From Dehalococcoidia bacterium (GTDB taxonomy: Bacteria; Chloroflexota; Dehalococcoidia; UBA6926), in the NCBI GenBank assembly GCA_963666115.2, contig CAXXET010000004.1:128001-192000 (forward strand): a DNA stretch of 64,000 nucleotides. Direction: 5' to 3'. The notes below the pieces were generated by a model. The model was not told the DNA's origin. It did no database searches and worked only from the letters and a program-made list of their open reading frames with translations. Both the position numbers and the translations under genes were made by a program. Positions 9,114 to 20,343 of this stretch are shown piece after piece; positions within the stretch are counted from its first letter, which is position 1, and each line of letters starts with the position of its first letter.

Positions 9114-10430
9114 CTATCCTGTCTCTGCCATCATCATCCCCGCCACCTCCACCCCCTGCCGGATGCTGTAATTCGTCCCCCGGTCCTCCGGGTAGATCTG
9201 GCTCATTGCCGCGAGCCACAGGCCGTCCACGGGCGTCTTGTTGGGCGGTATCTTGTCGCTGAAATGCGTCGTCATGATGGGCTGCGCCGCCCCCTCACGG
9301 TGGACATGCGTCGACTCCACCCACGACAGGTCAAACTCCGGATTGATCTTCCGAAGGTGCTCGACGTAGCTGTCGATCAACTCGTCATCGGACAGCCCCC
9401 ACCGCGGATCATCGGACGTCACGTAGTCTGCCGTATAGAGGATGTGCTTTCCCCCGTAAACGGACGGCGGCACGAGGTTCGTCTGCTCAAGCGCCAGCAG
9501 GAACGGGATGTCCGCGTCCGCGATGTTCAGCCAATAGATCGGCGACAGGCTGCGGCTCATCACCCAGATCACGGCGATTGCGCCCTCATAGTCGATACCG
9601 CTCACCTTGCCGAGGTAATCCTGCGGCAAATCCACCAGGCGCGGCAGCAAAAAGCTGGGAACGGTGGCCAGAACGGCATCATACTCCCGCCGCTCCTCCT
9701 CGCCGTCCGCCCCCGCAATCGTCAGCCCCGTCACGCGGTTGTCCGCAGTCTCGATGCGCGACACCCCCACGCCCGTCCGCACCTCCCCGCCCATCTCCGT
9801 GACCCGCCGCTCCAGCGCGTCGATGAGAACCTGCCAGCTGCCCTCGATATAGCCAAGCTGCTCCCGCCCAAGCAGCCCCTTGCGCGACGCCACCCGCGTC
9901 GCGAACTTGCTCCACATCCACGGCATGGCGATCTGCTCCGCATAGCGTCCAAACTTGCCGCGCAGCAGCGGCTCCCAGATCTCCTCGTAGTTGCGCCGCC
10001 CCGCCCACTTCCGCATGAACGCCGCCGCCGTCGTGTCCTCCAGCCTCTTCCAATTCTTGATGCGCTGGATGTACAGCGTCACCAGCCCCATTCGGATGCG
10101 ATCCAAAAACCCGACGGGGCTGAACTTCAACAGGTCCGTCGCCGTCGCGAACGGGAAGATGCGCCCGTGTGTGAAATACCCAACCTTCGAGTCCTCCCAG
10201 ATGAGCCGGTCCTTCAACCCAAGCTCATCCAGCAGCCCGATGATCGTCGTGTCGGACAGGAAGAGGTGGTGGTAGAACCGCTCCAACTGCCCGCCGCCCA
10301 CGTCGAACGTGGACGCCAGCCCGCCCAGGAACGGCGCCCGTTCGAACAGCTCAACGGAATGTCCGGCCTTGGCAAGCTCATAGCCCGCCGCAAGCCCACC
10401 CACGCCGCCGCCGATGATTCCAACCCTCAT
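9114..10430 (-). CDS. FAD/NAD(P)-dependent oxidoreductase (amine oxidase/HemY-like)
   Basis: GIIGGGVGGLAAG..FE...LGGLA, ERFYHHLF, QIYPEDRGTNYS. Confidence 0.85.
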   Translation of the reverse strand: MRVGIIGGGVGGLAAGYELAKAGHSVELFERAPFLGGLASTFDVGGGQLERFYHHLFLSDTTIIGLLDELGLKDRLIWEDSKVGYFTHGRIFPFATATDLLKFSPVGFLDRIRMGLVTLYIQRIKNWKRLEDTTAAAFMRKWAGRRNYEEIWEPLLRGKFGRYAEQIAMPWMWSKFATRVASRKGLLGREQLGYIEGSWQVLIDALERRVTEMGGEVRTGVGVSRIETADNRVTGLTIAGADGEEERREYDAVLATVPSFLLPRLVDLPQDYLGKVSGIDYEGAIAVIWVMSRSLSPIYWLNIADADIPFLLALEQTNLVPPSVYGGKHILYTADYVTSDDPRWGLSDDELIDSYVEHLRKINPEFDLSWVESTHVHREGAAQPIMTTHFSDKIPPNKTPVDGLWLAAMSQIYPEDRGTNYSIRQGVEVAGMMMAETG

Positions 10431-11470
10431 TCCGCTTTCGTCCCCTGTATCTCCGGCTTTCGCGTTTCCGTCTCGCCCATCGCGCCCGTCGGACGCAGCA
10501 CTTCACGCAGCGGCGCGCCCTCTAGGATGAGCAGTATCGCTCCGACTATCGTAACGGGAACCCACAACGTGGCGTGAATGACGATGGCGTACGCAGTCGC
10601 AAGCCCCGCCCCCACCCCCGCCCGCACCAGCGTCTCCTTTGCCAGCAGTTCAAACGGGCCGATCCCGCCGGACGACGACGGCACCGCAGTGGCCAGGTTG
10701 GACGCCGCGACCGCCACGCACAGCACCACCATATCGGCTTCCACCCCCATCGCGACGGCCACGAAGAGGTACACCAGCGCCTCCCCCGCCCACACCGCGT
10801 TGGAAATCACGAACCAGAACGGTATCTTGCGCGCGTCCCTGAGCGCGGCGAATCCGTGCAGTAGCGATTCCACAATGCCCATCACCCGTGCGGCGTATCG
10901 CTCCGGCACAGGCCGCGTGACAACACGCGCCGCCCGCATGGCCGCATCCGGAAACAGGACGGCCAGCATCACGCCAACACCCGCCCCGATGAAAAAGACC
11001 GCCGCAAGCTGCGCCGCAAGCGTCAACAGCGGCGAGAGCGTCCACGTTGAGGCAAAGAACAGCAGCCCGATGCCCAGCCACAACAGGAGTGTCAGTCCGT
11101 CGAGGATTCGCTCGACCGCAATCGTCGCCAGGCTGGCCGTCATGTCCAGGCCGGGGTTGCGCCGCAGGAGATATGCCCTGACAAACTCGCCTAATCGAAG
11201 CGGTAAGACGTTGTTCGCCGCGTACCCGATTGTCGCCACGAAATACGACCGTCCCAGCGTCACCCCGCCCAGGTGCGCCAGCAGGCTCTGCCACCGCCAC
11301 GCCCGCAGCGTGAACGCGAGAAAGTAGACGACTACCGCCGGAATCAGCCATAGGTAATTCGCCTCCGCGAACGCGGACAGGAACTCGTCGAAGTCGATGC
11401 TCCAAAAGACCACGCCCAGGAACCCCACGCTTATCGCAAGCGCGACCAGCGTCCGCCTGTTGACGATCAT
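10427..11470 (-). CDS. UPF0104 / lysylphosphatidylglycerol-synthase-TM flippase-like protein
   Basis: RAWRW, NNVLPLRLGEFVRAY, ERILD, PSSSGGIGPFE; polytopic. Confidence 0.85.
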   Translation of the reverse strand: MIVNRRTLVALAISVGFLGVVFWSIDFDEFLSAFAEANYLWLIPAVVVYFLAFTLRAWRWQSLLAHLGGVTLGRSYFVATIGYAANNVLPLRLGEFVRAYLLRRNPGLDMTASLATIAVERILDGLTLLLWLGIGLLFFASTWTLSPLLTLAAQLAAVFFIGAGVGVMLAVLFPDAAMRAARVVTRPVPERYAARVMGIVESLLHGFAALRDARKIPFWFVISNAVWAGEALVYLFVAVAMGVEADMVVLCVAVAASNLATAVPSSSGGIGPFELLAKETLVRAGVGAGLATAYAIVIHATLWVPVTIVGAILLILEGAPLREVLRPTGAMGETETRKPEIQGTKAE

Positions 11471-11482
11471 CTGCCCGCCGGC

Positions 11483-13777
11483 CTACGCAGGCCCGTAGAC
11501 GGGATCGGGCGGCGTGCTTATCTCCGGCTCATAGTCGTATGGGAAGTACACGTAGATGTCGGAACTGCCCAGACGCCGCGGCGGCTCCCGCAGCGTCCAG
11601 TACGTCCAGATGGTCGACCACGCGCCCGGATCGATCGCGCCCCGCGCAATGTCTCCAATGCCCAGCCCCGCGTAGTAGTCCTCCCCGCGGTACACGCCCT
11701 CCGGGAACCACCACCGGAGCGGTATGAGCACGCGATTGGCCTCACTGGAACCCCACTCAACAGTCTGGATATTCGGCGCGCTCCCTGCGTTGAGAACCAT
11801 GAAAACGCCGCGCGGCGGGTTGTCGTCCGTCACCACCGCCGCCCCCGCCCCGCACACGCTCTCACCGCCCATGCAGCGGTACTCCACGTTGTCATACTCG
11901 CGCAAGTACCAGTGCCACGGCCACGAGTACCCCTGCGCCGTATCAACCGTAATTGGCAGCGTCGAACCTTGCTCAGACGTGACGGCGTAGCGGTCGATCT
12001 CATCAACGGCCAGCTCCAGCGCGGGCGACGTCTGCGTGTAGACGAGCATCTCCACGGGGATGTCGCCGTTCTCAAAACTGGCCGTGACTGCGGAACGCGC
12101 CGTGACGATCAGGAGCACGACCAGCGCGCCGGCAGCAACGGCGTGCCCAACACGCCGCGCGTCGGCCTCCTGCCCAAGCTCGCGGACCCGGTCATAGGCG
12201 CGCGGCAGATACTCCCCCAGCCCCCGTCCGGCAATCATGATGAGCGGCAGCGTCAGGTGAATGGACAGCCACGGCATCTTCTCGCCCGCCATCAGCAGCA
12301 GCACAAGCACGAGCAGGAACCAATAGATGAGAAACACGTCAAAGGAGAAGAACGCGGGGCGCCGCCTCAGGATGAAGAAGCCCGTCACCAGCGCAACCAC
12401 AAGCGGCAGCAGTTCGTACACGGACAAGACCATGAAGTAGTAGTACCAGGGCTGGCTCCCCCGCCCGACCTCCTGCTGCGCCACCCAGTAGCCCAGTGAT
12501 TGCCATACGCCGCTGCCAAAGCCGATGCCGTTCGTGAAAAGCGTCGTGAACAGCGCGGCGATCAGGACCCAGAACACCCCGGAGATGATCAGCCAATGGC
12601 GCGGGTTCCACAGGATGCCCAGCGCCGCGCCAACGCAAAACAGCGCCAGCAGCACGAAAACGGCAATGTCCAACGACTGCATCCCGAACAGCGTGCCCGC
12701 CGCCGGATTCTGGATTTCCTGCAGGTTTGCCAGGTCGAACCCGACCCAGGGCAAGCCGGAGAGTCTCTCGATGATCCATGTCGTCGTCCCCGGTCCCTGC
12801 GAGATCGGCGCGCCGACAGGGCCCGAAAGATTCGCCAACGCGCCTTCCCCAACAGTCGCCCCCGAATCCGGGTTCGCCAGGTGAATGCCGAGCGCGTTCT
12901 GGAAGAGCGCCACGCCCGCTGCCCCCATCGGCAGCACAAGCGTCGTCAGGATCAGCCCGAACACAGCCGCCGGCGGCCATTCCTGGAACGGCGTGCGCAT
13001 GAGACGCCGGACGTCGCCCAGGTGGGCAATGATTAGGAACGTGAGCGGCACGAGTACGAGCAGGTACGTGATCTCCTTGGTCGCGAACCCAATCGCCAGC
13101 GTCGCCGAGGCAATCACCAGGTAGCGCAGCTTGCGCGTGTCCGTGTACGCCCACATTGTCCAGAACAAAACGAGTGTGATGAGGACGATGTAGATGTCGT
13201 TGCGCGCAAAGCGGCTGAAGTACAGCACGCCGGGCGATATGGCCAGCAGCCCCGACGCCGCCAGCGCGCCCAACGTGCCCATCCGGTCGCGGAACAGGAG
13301 ATACGGCAGTGCCACAACGATGACGCCCAGCAGGGCCGGCAGGACGCGCAGCGTCGCATCGGATGCGCCAAAAATCTCGAACACGAAGCTCGTCGCGATG
13401 AACTGAACCGTCCCGTGCAGAAGCGGGTTGTGGACGAATCCCCCGTTCTCCGCCATGAACCACGAATAATACCCGTGCAAACTTTCGTCATGGTGGACGG
13501 CCCGTTCGCCCAGGTCCCAGAAGCGCAGCGCCGCCGCCGCAAGCACGATGGCGATGAGGGCAATCCCCTCCGGCCTCCGCGCCCACGCCACAAGGTCGTC
13601 GGTGAGTTGACGCCACGGCACGCGCGAAAGCCCCCCCGGAAGTTGGCGGGACTCATCGCCGGAATCGGCGTCGTCCAAAACCGGAGATTCGTCGACGGCG
13701 CGCGGCTCAACGGCGCCCGCCTCCGGGTTCCTCCTCTGCCGGCGCTGCCGGTTGCGTCTGCGTTGGGATTTGCTCAT
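11483..13777 (-). CDS. TIGR03663-like GT-C (PMT-like) membrane glycosyltransferase
   Basis: RFWDLGERAVHHDESLH, HNPLLHG, YFSRFARND, ATKE, EKMPWL, MLVYTQTS. Confidence 0.8.
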   Translation of the reverse strand: MSKSQRRRNRQRRQRRNPEAGAVEPRAVDESPVLDDADSGDESRQLPGGLSRVPWRQLTDDLVAWARRPEGIALIAIVLAAAALRFWDLGERAVHHDESLHGYYSWFMAENGGFVHNPLLHGTVQFIATSFVFEIFGASDATLRVLPALLGVIVVALPYLLFRDRMGTLGALAASGLLAISPGVLYFSRFARNDIYIVLITLVLFWTMWAYTDTRKLRYLVIASATLAIGFATKEITYLLVLVPLTFLIIAHLGDVRRLMRTPFQEWPPAAVFGLILTTLVLPMGAAGVALFQNALGIHLANPDSGATVGEGALANLSGPVGAPISQGPGTTTWIIERLSGLPWVGFDLANLQEIQNPAAGTLFGMQSLDIAVFVLLALFCVGAALGILWNPRHWLIISGVFWVLIAALFTTLFTNGIGFGSGVWQSLGYWVAQQEVGRGSQPWYYYFMVLSVYELLPLVVALVTGFFILRRRPAFFSFDVFLIYWFLLVLVLLLMAGEKMPWLSIHLTLPLIMIAGRGLGEYLPRAYDRVRELGQEADARRVGHAVAAGALVVLLIVTARSAVTASFENGDIPVEMLVYTQTSPALELAVDEIDRYAVTSEQGSTLPITVDTAQGYSWPWHWYLREYDNVEYRCMGGESVCGAGAAVVTDDNPPRGVFMVLNAGSAPNIQTVEWGSSEANRVLIPLRWWFPEGVYRGEDYYAGLGIGDIARGAIDPGAWSTIWTYWTLREPPRRLGSSDIYVYFPYDYEPEISTPPDPVYGPA

Positions 13778-13805
13778 CGTCTAATCTAACTATACGAGAC
13801 TGCCG

Positions 13806-16197
13806 TCACACGATGGGAACGTACTCCAAAACCGCAGTATCCCCTGACCCAAAGGCAACCACGAGGCGGTCCGGCATGGAAGCCATTAGCCGCGCCGTCG
13901 TGTCCTCCCCGTACGTCGCCCGCTCCAGCGAGCCCACGAAGATATAGTCGATCCCGTAGAACTCAAGCCTGAGCTTCAACTGGTCCTCCGTGAGCGCCCC
14001 GCCTCCCGACACAGCCTCTCCCCGGTAGATTTCCTCCGTGTACTCGATTCGCGGCCCAATCAGTTCCGTCCCGCCGCGCCACTGCAACTCATGCCCCGCC
14101 CACCCGATGGTCGTCGGCATTCCAGTAATCGCGGAAACACGCCCGTAATCCGTATAGTCGTTGCCATGCGCCTCCAAAACGTGGTCGCCGCGCTCCGCGT
14201 TGTCCAGCAGCCAGTCAATCGCCGCCGCGTCGTCAGGAAAGCGCTCGCGGTACGTCGCAAGCCCGTCCAGCCCAATGCTCCTGGATGGCGACGCCTCGAC
14301 ACGTTCCATAGCGGCAAGCGGCCCATAAGCCGCCCCCACAACCAGCAGCGCAAGCCCCCCCGCTCCCGCCGCAATGAGTCCGCCCTGCCCCGGCGACAAC
14401 CGCTTTGGCCGTCGCGCAATCGCCCACGCCACGCCGATCCCCGTCGCGACGGCCAGCAGCGTCCACACCTGGTAATGCACCTTGAACACGGTGTTCATGC
14501 GAACCCCAAAGGAGTCCCAGACGAAGAAGACTTCCGTGATGACGATGCCCATCGCCGCGGCGACCAGCAGGAGCGACGCGAACAGCAGCCCCTGCCGTTC
14601 CGGCCTCTCTTCGTCGTGCAGCGGCACGATGGCGATGAGTCCAATAGCCGCAAGCACGATGGCGGGAATAGCCACCAGCCACCGCAGGCTGATCTCGCCA
14701 AGATCGGGCGCGAAGCCCGCCACCGGCGAATCGGGCGGCAAGAGATTCCACCCCGCCGCGACCAGCGACCACAGGATCAGCGGGCTCGCGGCAAGCAGCA
14801 CGACGACGCCAACCACGCTCAGCCGCACCTCCTGGCCGTCCAGCCGCGCCCATGCGTAGGCGGCGGCAGGCAGTATGGCCAGCGCCATCGGCCCCCAGAT
14901 GCGCGCGTAGTGGCTGACCTCCGTGCCGGAGGCGGGAACGGGCAGCACGCCGCGCACGCCGCTGCTAACGGTCAGGTAGTACGGCGCAAAGAGCAGTAGC
15001 GCCAGCGCGGCGATTGCCGCTGTCGGCACAACGATGTCGAGAATCACTTCCTGCCGGAAGACGCGCTCGCCGATTCCCTCGTCCCAAAGTCTCCGCGCGG
15101 CGATTGCCAGCAGCAGCACGGCCATGTACGCCAGGATGTCCCACGTGTTGATGAAGCCAAGAGCGCCAATGATCAGCGCGGTCAGGAATAGCTCTCCGGC
15201 TCGCCGCCGCGGCCACGTCGAATCCGGCGACTCCGGCTTGCACAACCACCCAAGCGTCACCGTGAGCGCAAGCAGCACGAACGGCAGCGACATCACGTGC
15301 GGGTGGAGGTCTCCCAGCAGGAAGCTGAACGCGGGAAACTCGTCGATGGGCGAAAGCGCGCCTGGGTCGTCGATGATGCGCGTCGAATCCCACCACCACG
15401 AACTGAATCCCGTCGCCCCCTCCAGCGACAACGCCTCCGACACTGCCCGCATCCCCCCGCTCAGGTTCCCCGCGATCAGCAGCGCAACAACCGCCCCGAC
15501 TCCCCCGATAACCACCGCAACATCCAGTCTTGGCAACTGGACACGCGCGATGCCCGCCCGCAGCGCCGCATTCATCGTCAGCGAAAAGGCTGAGACCGCC
15601 GCGAGCGCGAACAGCGTGACAAACGCCAGGTTGTACCCCACCGTCGCCGCCGCGCCCGTCAAGTACGCGGGAATGCTGAAAATCAGGTAGCCGAAATAGT
15701 AGTAGCTGATGGAATGGCCCGCCAGCCACGGGTCCGCCGCCGGAAACGTCGGGCTCCGCAGCGCGCTCGCAAGGGAAGGCAAGGTCCATCGGCTGCTCGG
15801 TCGTCAGCCCCGTAACCGCCGTCGTAATCGTGATGTCCGGCGCGAGGATGCGAAAGACCGCGAACAGCACGAATGCCGCCATGAACACGACTTCGCTCGC
15901 TACAAGCAGACGCCACCGGCTGTGGATGAAGTCGACCATCTCCTCCCGGTTCTGCCGCGCCAGTACGACACTCGCGCCGAGAAGCAGCGCAAACACGGCC
16001 AGCAGCGAAAGCAGCCCGTTCTCCAGGACGCGCGCGGTCACAAGCGCCCAGTACGCGTACGCCAGCACGAGAATGCCCAGGACCTTGGACACGCCGTATC
16101 CGCGGTCCGGCAGGTCGCGGAAGAACGGGAACGCCCACGCGAACCCCGCTGCCCCGATAACTTGCAGCAGGACGAGCCAGAGAATCAGGTTGAACAT
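13806..16197 (-). CDS. DUF2298 / TIGR03662 (Chlor_Arch_YYY) membrane protein, frameshift near 15777
   Basis: N-part ...EQPMDLAF joins LASALRSPTFPAADPWLAGHSISYYYFGY; also EFPAFSFLLGDLHPH, INTWD, RMNTVFK, GWAGHELQWR. Confidence 0.85.
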
Positions 16198-16224
16198 CAG
16201 GAGAAAGCGGGGCCGTCCGCGCCC

Positions 16225-17136
16225 CTACGCGAGCAGCGCCGAGACGAACGCGCGGGCGTCGAACGGCTCAAGGTCGTCGATGCCCTCGCCTGTGCCGATA
16301 TACGTCACCGGCACGCCGAACTCGCGGCGTATCGCAATCGCGATGCCGCCCTTGGACGTGCCGTCCACCTTGCTCAAAACCACCCCGTCCACGCCCACCG
16401 CCCCCATGAACTCGCGCGCCTGCGACAGCCCGTTCTGCCCCGTCGTCGCGTCCAGCACCAGCAAGACAGTGATGTCCGATGCGTCAACCGACCGTTCCAC
16501 AACCCGCCGCACCTTGCGGAGTTCATCCATCAGCGAGGTCCGCGTCTGCAGGCGTCCTGCCGTGTCGATGATCACCGTGTCCGCGCCCCGCGACTTTGCC
16601 GCCGCGATGCCGTCGAACGCCACCGCCCCGGGGTCCGCCCCGTGCTGCTGCGCGACGACCGTCACGCCCAGCCGCTCCCCCCACACTTGCAGCTGCTCAA
16701 TGGCAGCCGCGCGGAACGTGTCCCCCGCAACCAGCAGCACGCCCCGGTCCTCCGCAATCTCACGCCGTGCCAGCTTGGCGATGGTCGTCGTCTTGCCGCT
16801 CCCATTGACGCCCACCACGAGAATGACGTGCGGCGAACCCGTTGCCGCGCCCGCCGGATTGGGCGACGCCCCGTTGGCGCTGGCCGCGTCCACAAGCTCC
16901 GCCGCAAGCGCGTCCCGCAGGTCGTTTGGCTGCGCCCCGCGCATCCCCTCGATCCGTTCCCGCGTCCGAGAAATCATCTCCTCGCTCAGGTCCAGACCAA
17001 CGTCCGCGCCGATAAGGGCCTCCTCCAGCTCGTCCCACGCCTCGGGCGGGATCGAACTGCGCCCAAAGATGCTTGTAACGCGCCCGAACCACGCCTTCTT
17101 GGTCTTGCCGACGCTCTTGTCCATCGAAGAAGTCAT
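16225..17136 (-). CDS. ftsY: SRP receptor FtsY
   Basis: GVNGSGKTTTIAKLA, DTFRAAA, DTAGRL, KVDGTSKGG, GTGEGIDDL. Confidence 0.96.
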   Translation of the reverse strand: MTSSMDKSVGKTKKAWFGRVTSIFGRSSIPPEAWDELEEALIGADVGLDLSEEMISRTRERIEGMRGAQPNDLRDALAAELVDAASANGASPNPAGAATGSPHVILVVGVNGSGKTTTIAKLARREIAEDRGVLLVAGDTFRAAAIEQLQVWGERLGVTVVAQQHGADPGAVAFDGIAAAKSRGADTVIIDTAGRLQTRTSLMDELRKVRRVVERSVDASDITVLLVLDATTGQNGLSQAREFMGAVGVDGVVLSKVDGTSKGGIAIAIRREFGVPVTYIGTGEGIDDLEPFDARAFVSALLA

Positions 17137-17153
17137 AAAATGCGCTCGCCCGG

Positions 17154-18491
17154 CTAGTCCGGCGTATCGGCGGATTCCGCGTCCATCCGCATCTCAAGCG
17201 CGTTCGCGTGCGCCACGAGCCCCTCCGCGCGGGCAATGGCGATTCCGCTCGGCCCCAGGTCTTGCAGCCGTTCGCGCGGCGCGGCCACGATGCTCGTCAC
17301 CTTGAGGAATTCGAAGACATTGACGGGAGAGCTGTACCGCGCCGCCCCGCCCGTCGGCATTGAGTGGCTTGGCCCCGCGATGTAGTCTGCCAGCACCTCC
17401 GGCGAGTGCTCTCCCACGAAGATGCCCCCCGCGTTCCGCAGTCGTGGAATCAGCGCGTGCGGGTCCTGCGTCATCACGCACAGGTGCTCCGGCGCGAACG
17501 CATTGCAGAAATCCACAATCTCGTCGTCGGACTCCACGATCACGTACCCCCCCGTCTGCGTGGACAGGTGCGCCGCCGAATCCTCCGGCAGATCGCGCAG
17601 TTGACGTTGCAGCTCCCTGTCAGTCCGCGTCGCCATGCGTTCCGACGTCGTGACCATCACGACGCGCGCCTCGGGGTCGTGCTCCGCTTGCGCCAGCAAA
17701 TCCGCCGCGCACAGCGCCGGGTCAGACCTGTCGTCAGAAATAACCAGTGTCTCCGTTGCGCCCTGTAAAGAATCAATGCCGACGACGCCGTAAACAGCCT
17801 TCTTGGCAAGCTGGACCAGCAGGTTGCCCGGCCCAAATATCTTGTCGGCCTGCGGGACGGACTCCGTGCCGATTGCGAACGCGGCAACCCCCTGCGGCCC
17901 CCCCACGCGGAATACGCGGTTGATCCGCGCAATGCTGCACGCAACGAGCACGACCGGCGCGACGACCCCGTTCGCCCGCGCCGGCGTTGTGACGAATATC
18001 TCGGGCACGTTGGCCGTCCGCGCCGGAATGCCGATCATCAGCACCGTGGACGGATACGCCGCGCGCCCGCCCGGCACGTAGATGCCCGCCCGCTCCACCG
18101 GCCGCACCAGCTGCCCCACGCCGCGTTCGAAGTCCATCCAGCCCTGGCGCGACTGCTGGACGTGGAACGCCTCGATCTCCTCCGCGGCCCGGTGCAAGGC
18201 GTCTATCACGTGCGTATCAACGCTGTCGTACGCCCGCGCGATCTCCTCCTGCGTCACCTCCAGCGCCGAAAGCTCCACGCCGTCGAACTTTCGCGCCAGG
18301 TCGCGGATGCCCTCGTCCCCCTCCGTCCGCACGGTTTCGATCACGCGCCGCACGGCCTCCTCCGGCGAAATCCGTTCGCCAAAGGCCCGTTCCAGGAAGG
18401 AGAGCGTCGATTCCGACGCCTGCGGATTCAACCACAGGTTGGCGGGGATCAGTTCCGCCTTTGCCTCCTCTATCCCGTGGAATGCCCTCAC
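17154..18491 (-). CDS. hisD: Histidinol dehydrogenase
   Basis: YVPGGRAAYPSTVLM, GPGN, DLLAQAEHD, APEHL, DYIAGPSH. Confidence 0.95.
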   Translation of the reverse strand: MRAFHGIEEAKAELIPANLWLNPQASESTLSFLERAFGERISPEEAVRRVIETVRTEGDEGIRDLARKFDGVELSALEVTQEEIARAYDSVDTHVIDALHRAAEEIEAFHVQQSRQGWMDFERGVGQLVRPVERAGIYVPGGRAAYPSTVLMIGIPARTANVPEIFVTTPARANGVVAPVVLVACSIARINRVFRVGGPQGVAAFAIGTESVPQADKIFGPGNLLVQLAKKAVYGVVGIDSLQGATETLVISDDRSDPALCAADLLAQAEHDPEARVVMVTTSERMATRTDRELQRQLRDLPEDSAAHLSTQTGGYVIVESDDEIVDFCNAFAPEHLCVMTQDPHALIPRLRNAGGIFVGEHSPEVLADYIAGPSHSMPTGGAARYSSPVNVFEFLKVTSIVAAPRERLQDLGPSGIAIARAEGLVAHANALEMRMDAESADTPD

Positions 18492-19252
18492 GACAGTATC
18501 TCCACGGCGTGCTCCAGCGACTGCTTAACCGCGATTGCCCGGTATCCCTCGATCACCTCGCGCGGCACCGTCTCGTACACCCGCCCGAGCATCGACTCAG
18601 GCTCCGCGACCAGCTCCTGCACCGCCGCCTCGTCCAGGCCCGGACCATCCAGATACCGCCCGATGAAACGCGGAAACGCCGCCCAATCAGCCGCCATCGT
18701 CAACACCCGTTCCCCAACGTACTCCGCCCAGCCCCGCATGATCCCATACGGGATGAACGTGGTGGGCACGGACGCAATGATGCTGTCCGAAGCGGAAACC
18801 AGTTTCTGCCATTCACGCAGTTGGGCCGCGTCCGTCCGAACGTCCAGTTCCATCTCGAACTGCACCGCGCGGTCGAGGATATTGCGTGCCGGTTCGCCGC
18901 CGAGATACTTCTCGTCGCCGAAATACGGACGGTACACGTCGACGACCCACGCCTCATCCGCCGCCAAATGGCTGGCGTAGCCGATCAGGAACGCGGTCAG
19001 CGTCCAGTCGCTGTCGGGCGCGCGAGACGACATCTCCGGGAGCGCCTCCTTCATCCCCCGGAACCCGTCCCCGACCTTGCCGTCGGCAAGACTGAAATAA
19101 TGCGTTTCCTCTCGCGATTCCCGTGTCATCACGCGGCGGTCCGGCGTCGTGGACCCCAGCAGCGCCGCGCCCATGTTCTCGCGCAACTCGTCAACGCCCA
19201 GCGTGTCCACCACTTCCTGGACGAGGCTCAGATGAACCGCCAGCATCGGCAT
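18488..19252 (-). CDS. Zn-dependent phospholipase C/P1-nuclease-like protein
   Basis: N-terminal MP...H, LLGSTTPD, ETHY, GYASHLAAD. Confidence 0.65.
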   Translation of the reverse strand: MPMLAVHLSLVQEVVDTLGVDELRENMGAALLGSTTPDRRVMTRESREETHYFSLADGKVGDGFRGMKEALPEMSSRAPDSDWTLTAFLIGYASHLAADEAWVVDVYRPYFGDEKYLGGEPARNILDRAVQFEMELDVRTDAAQLREWQKLVSASDSIIASVPTTFIPYGIMRGWAEYVGERVLTMAADWAAFPRFIGRYLDGPGLDEAAVQELVAEPESMLGRVYETVPREVIEGYRAIAVKQSLEHAVEILS

Positions 19253-19267
19253 AACGTCAGTCCCGCC

Positions 19268-20341
19268 TCAGCGGAGCGGCAATTCCGGCGGCTCGCCGAA
19301 ATGCTGTGTCAGCGGGAACGCAATCACGTCCGCCGCCCCGATCGTCCGCAGTGATTCGGTCGCGACGAGTTGCTCCGTCTGCTGGTGATTGATGACGAAC
19401 GACACGGAAAACCACTGGTTCCCGTCGTCGCCGTCGAGGTTCTCCCGCGTGACCACGGGGGCTATCGTGGGCCCCTTCAACCCCACGCTGCCCAAAGACG
19501 GCAGGGCGAACAGCTTGCGCGCAACGTCCTGGGGAGAATCCCCGGGAATGTTGGCCATGACAACGTACCGCCCCTCTGCGTTGAGATTGGCGTGAATGTA
19601 CTCCAGCACGAGCCACGCGGACTGCACGGCCTGGTCGTCATACACTGCCTTGTTCACGCAGGCGATTAGCGCCGCGCTCGAATTCAAAATCGGCTTGGGA
19701 GGATTCCCCAGCCGCAGTCCGGTCAACGAGTGCGCCGCGAGCGTCGAACCCGTGACCACCACGTCCGCGACCAGGTCCGCCGCCCCAAGTCGCGGCAGCA
19801 GCTCATGCGAACCCTGGAAGAGTCGAACGCCTTTCCCGGACAGTCCCTGACGCTCCATGTATTGCCGCGTCAGTTCCGGGTACTTGGTGGCAACGCGCAG
19901 GTCACGCCCCAGTTGCCTCGCCCACCCCGTCAGGTCGCCCACGGGAATATCACCGGAATCGCCGAACCGGCGGCTTGGCGCGGCCAGCATCAATCGACCG
20001 TGCCCGAACCCAAGGTCCGGTATGATGCACGCCACGTTCTCAAGGCCGCTCAGGCTCTTCTCTTCAAACCAGTCGCGCCCGGTAATGCCCAGGTGCGCGC
20101 CGCCCTCCGCGACGATGGACGGGATGTCGTCCGGCCGCAGGAACACCGCCTCGCATTCGGGAATATCGCGAACCTCCTCAACAAGGCCCGTCCCCCGGCG
20201 AGACACGTGGATGCCGCACGCATTGAGCATCGTCAGCGTGTCATTCGCAAGTCGGTTGTTGCTTGGGAGAGCCAGTCGCAGCACGTTGTCCCGCCTCTGT
20301 CCGCCGCCTTGTCGGTCGTTCCTAATTCTATCGTAGGGCAT
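19268..20341 (-). CDS. hisG: ATP phosphoribosyltransferase, long form
   Basis: LRLALPS, FLRPDDIP, LGITGRD, LGFG, VATKYP, ADVVVTGSTL, C-terminal GPTIAP regulatory domain. Confidence 0.9.
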   Translation of the reverse strand: MPYDRIRNDRQGGGQRRDNVLRLALPSNNRLANDTLTMLNACGIHVSRRGTGLVEEVRDIPECEAVFLRPDDIPSIVAEGGAHLGITGRDWFEEKSLSGLENVACIIPDLGFGHGRLMLAAPSRRFGDSGDIPVGDLTGWARQLGRDLRVATKYPELTRQYMERQGLSGKGVRLFQGSHELLPRLGAADLVADVVVTGSTLAAHSLTGLRLGNPPKPILNSSAALIACVNKAVYDDQAVQSAWLVLEYIHANLNAEGRYVVMANIPGDSPQDVARKLFALPSLGSVGLKGPTIAPVVTRENLDGDDGNQWFSVSFVINHQQTEQLVATESLRTIGAADVIAFPLTQHFGEPPELPLR

Positions 20342-20343
20342 TC

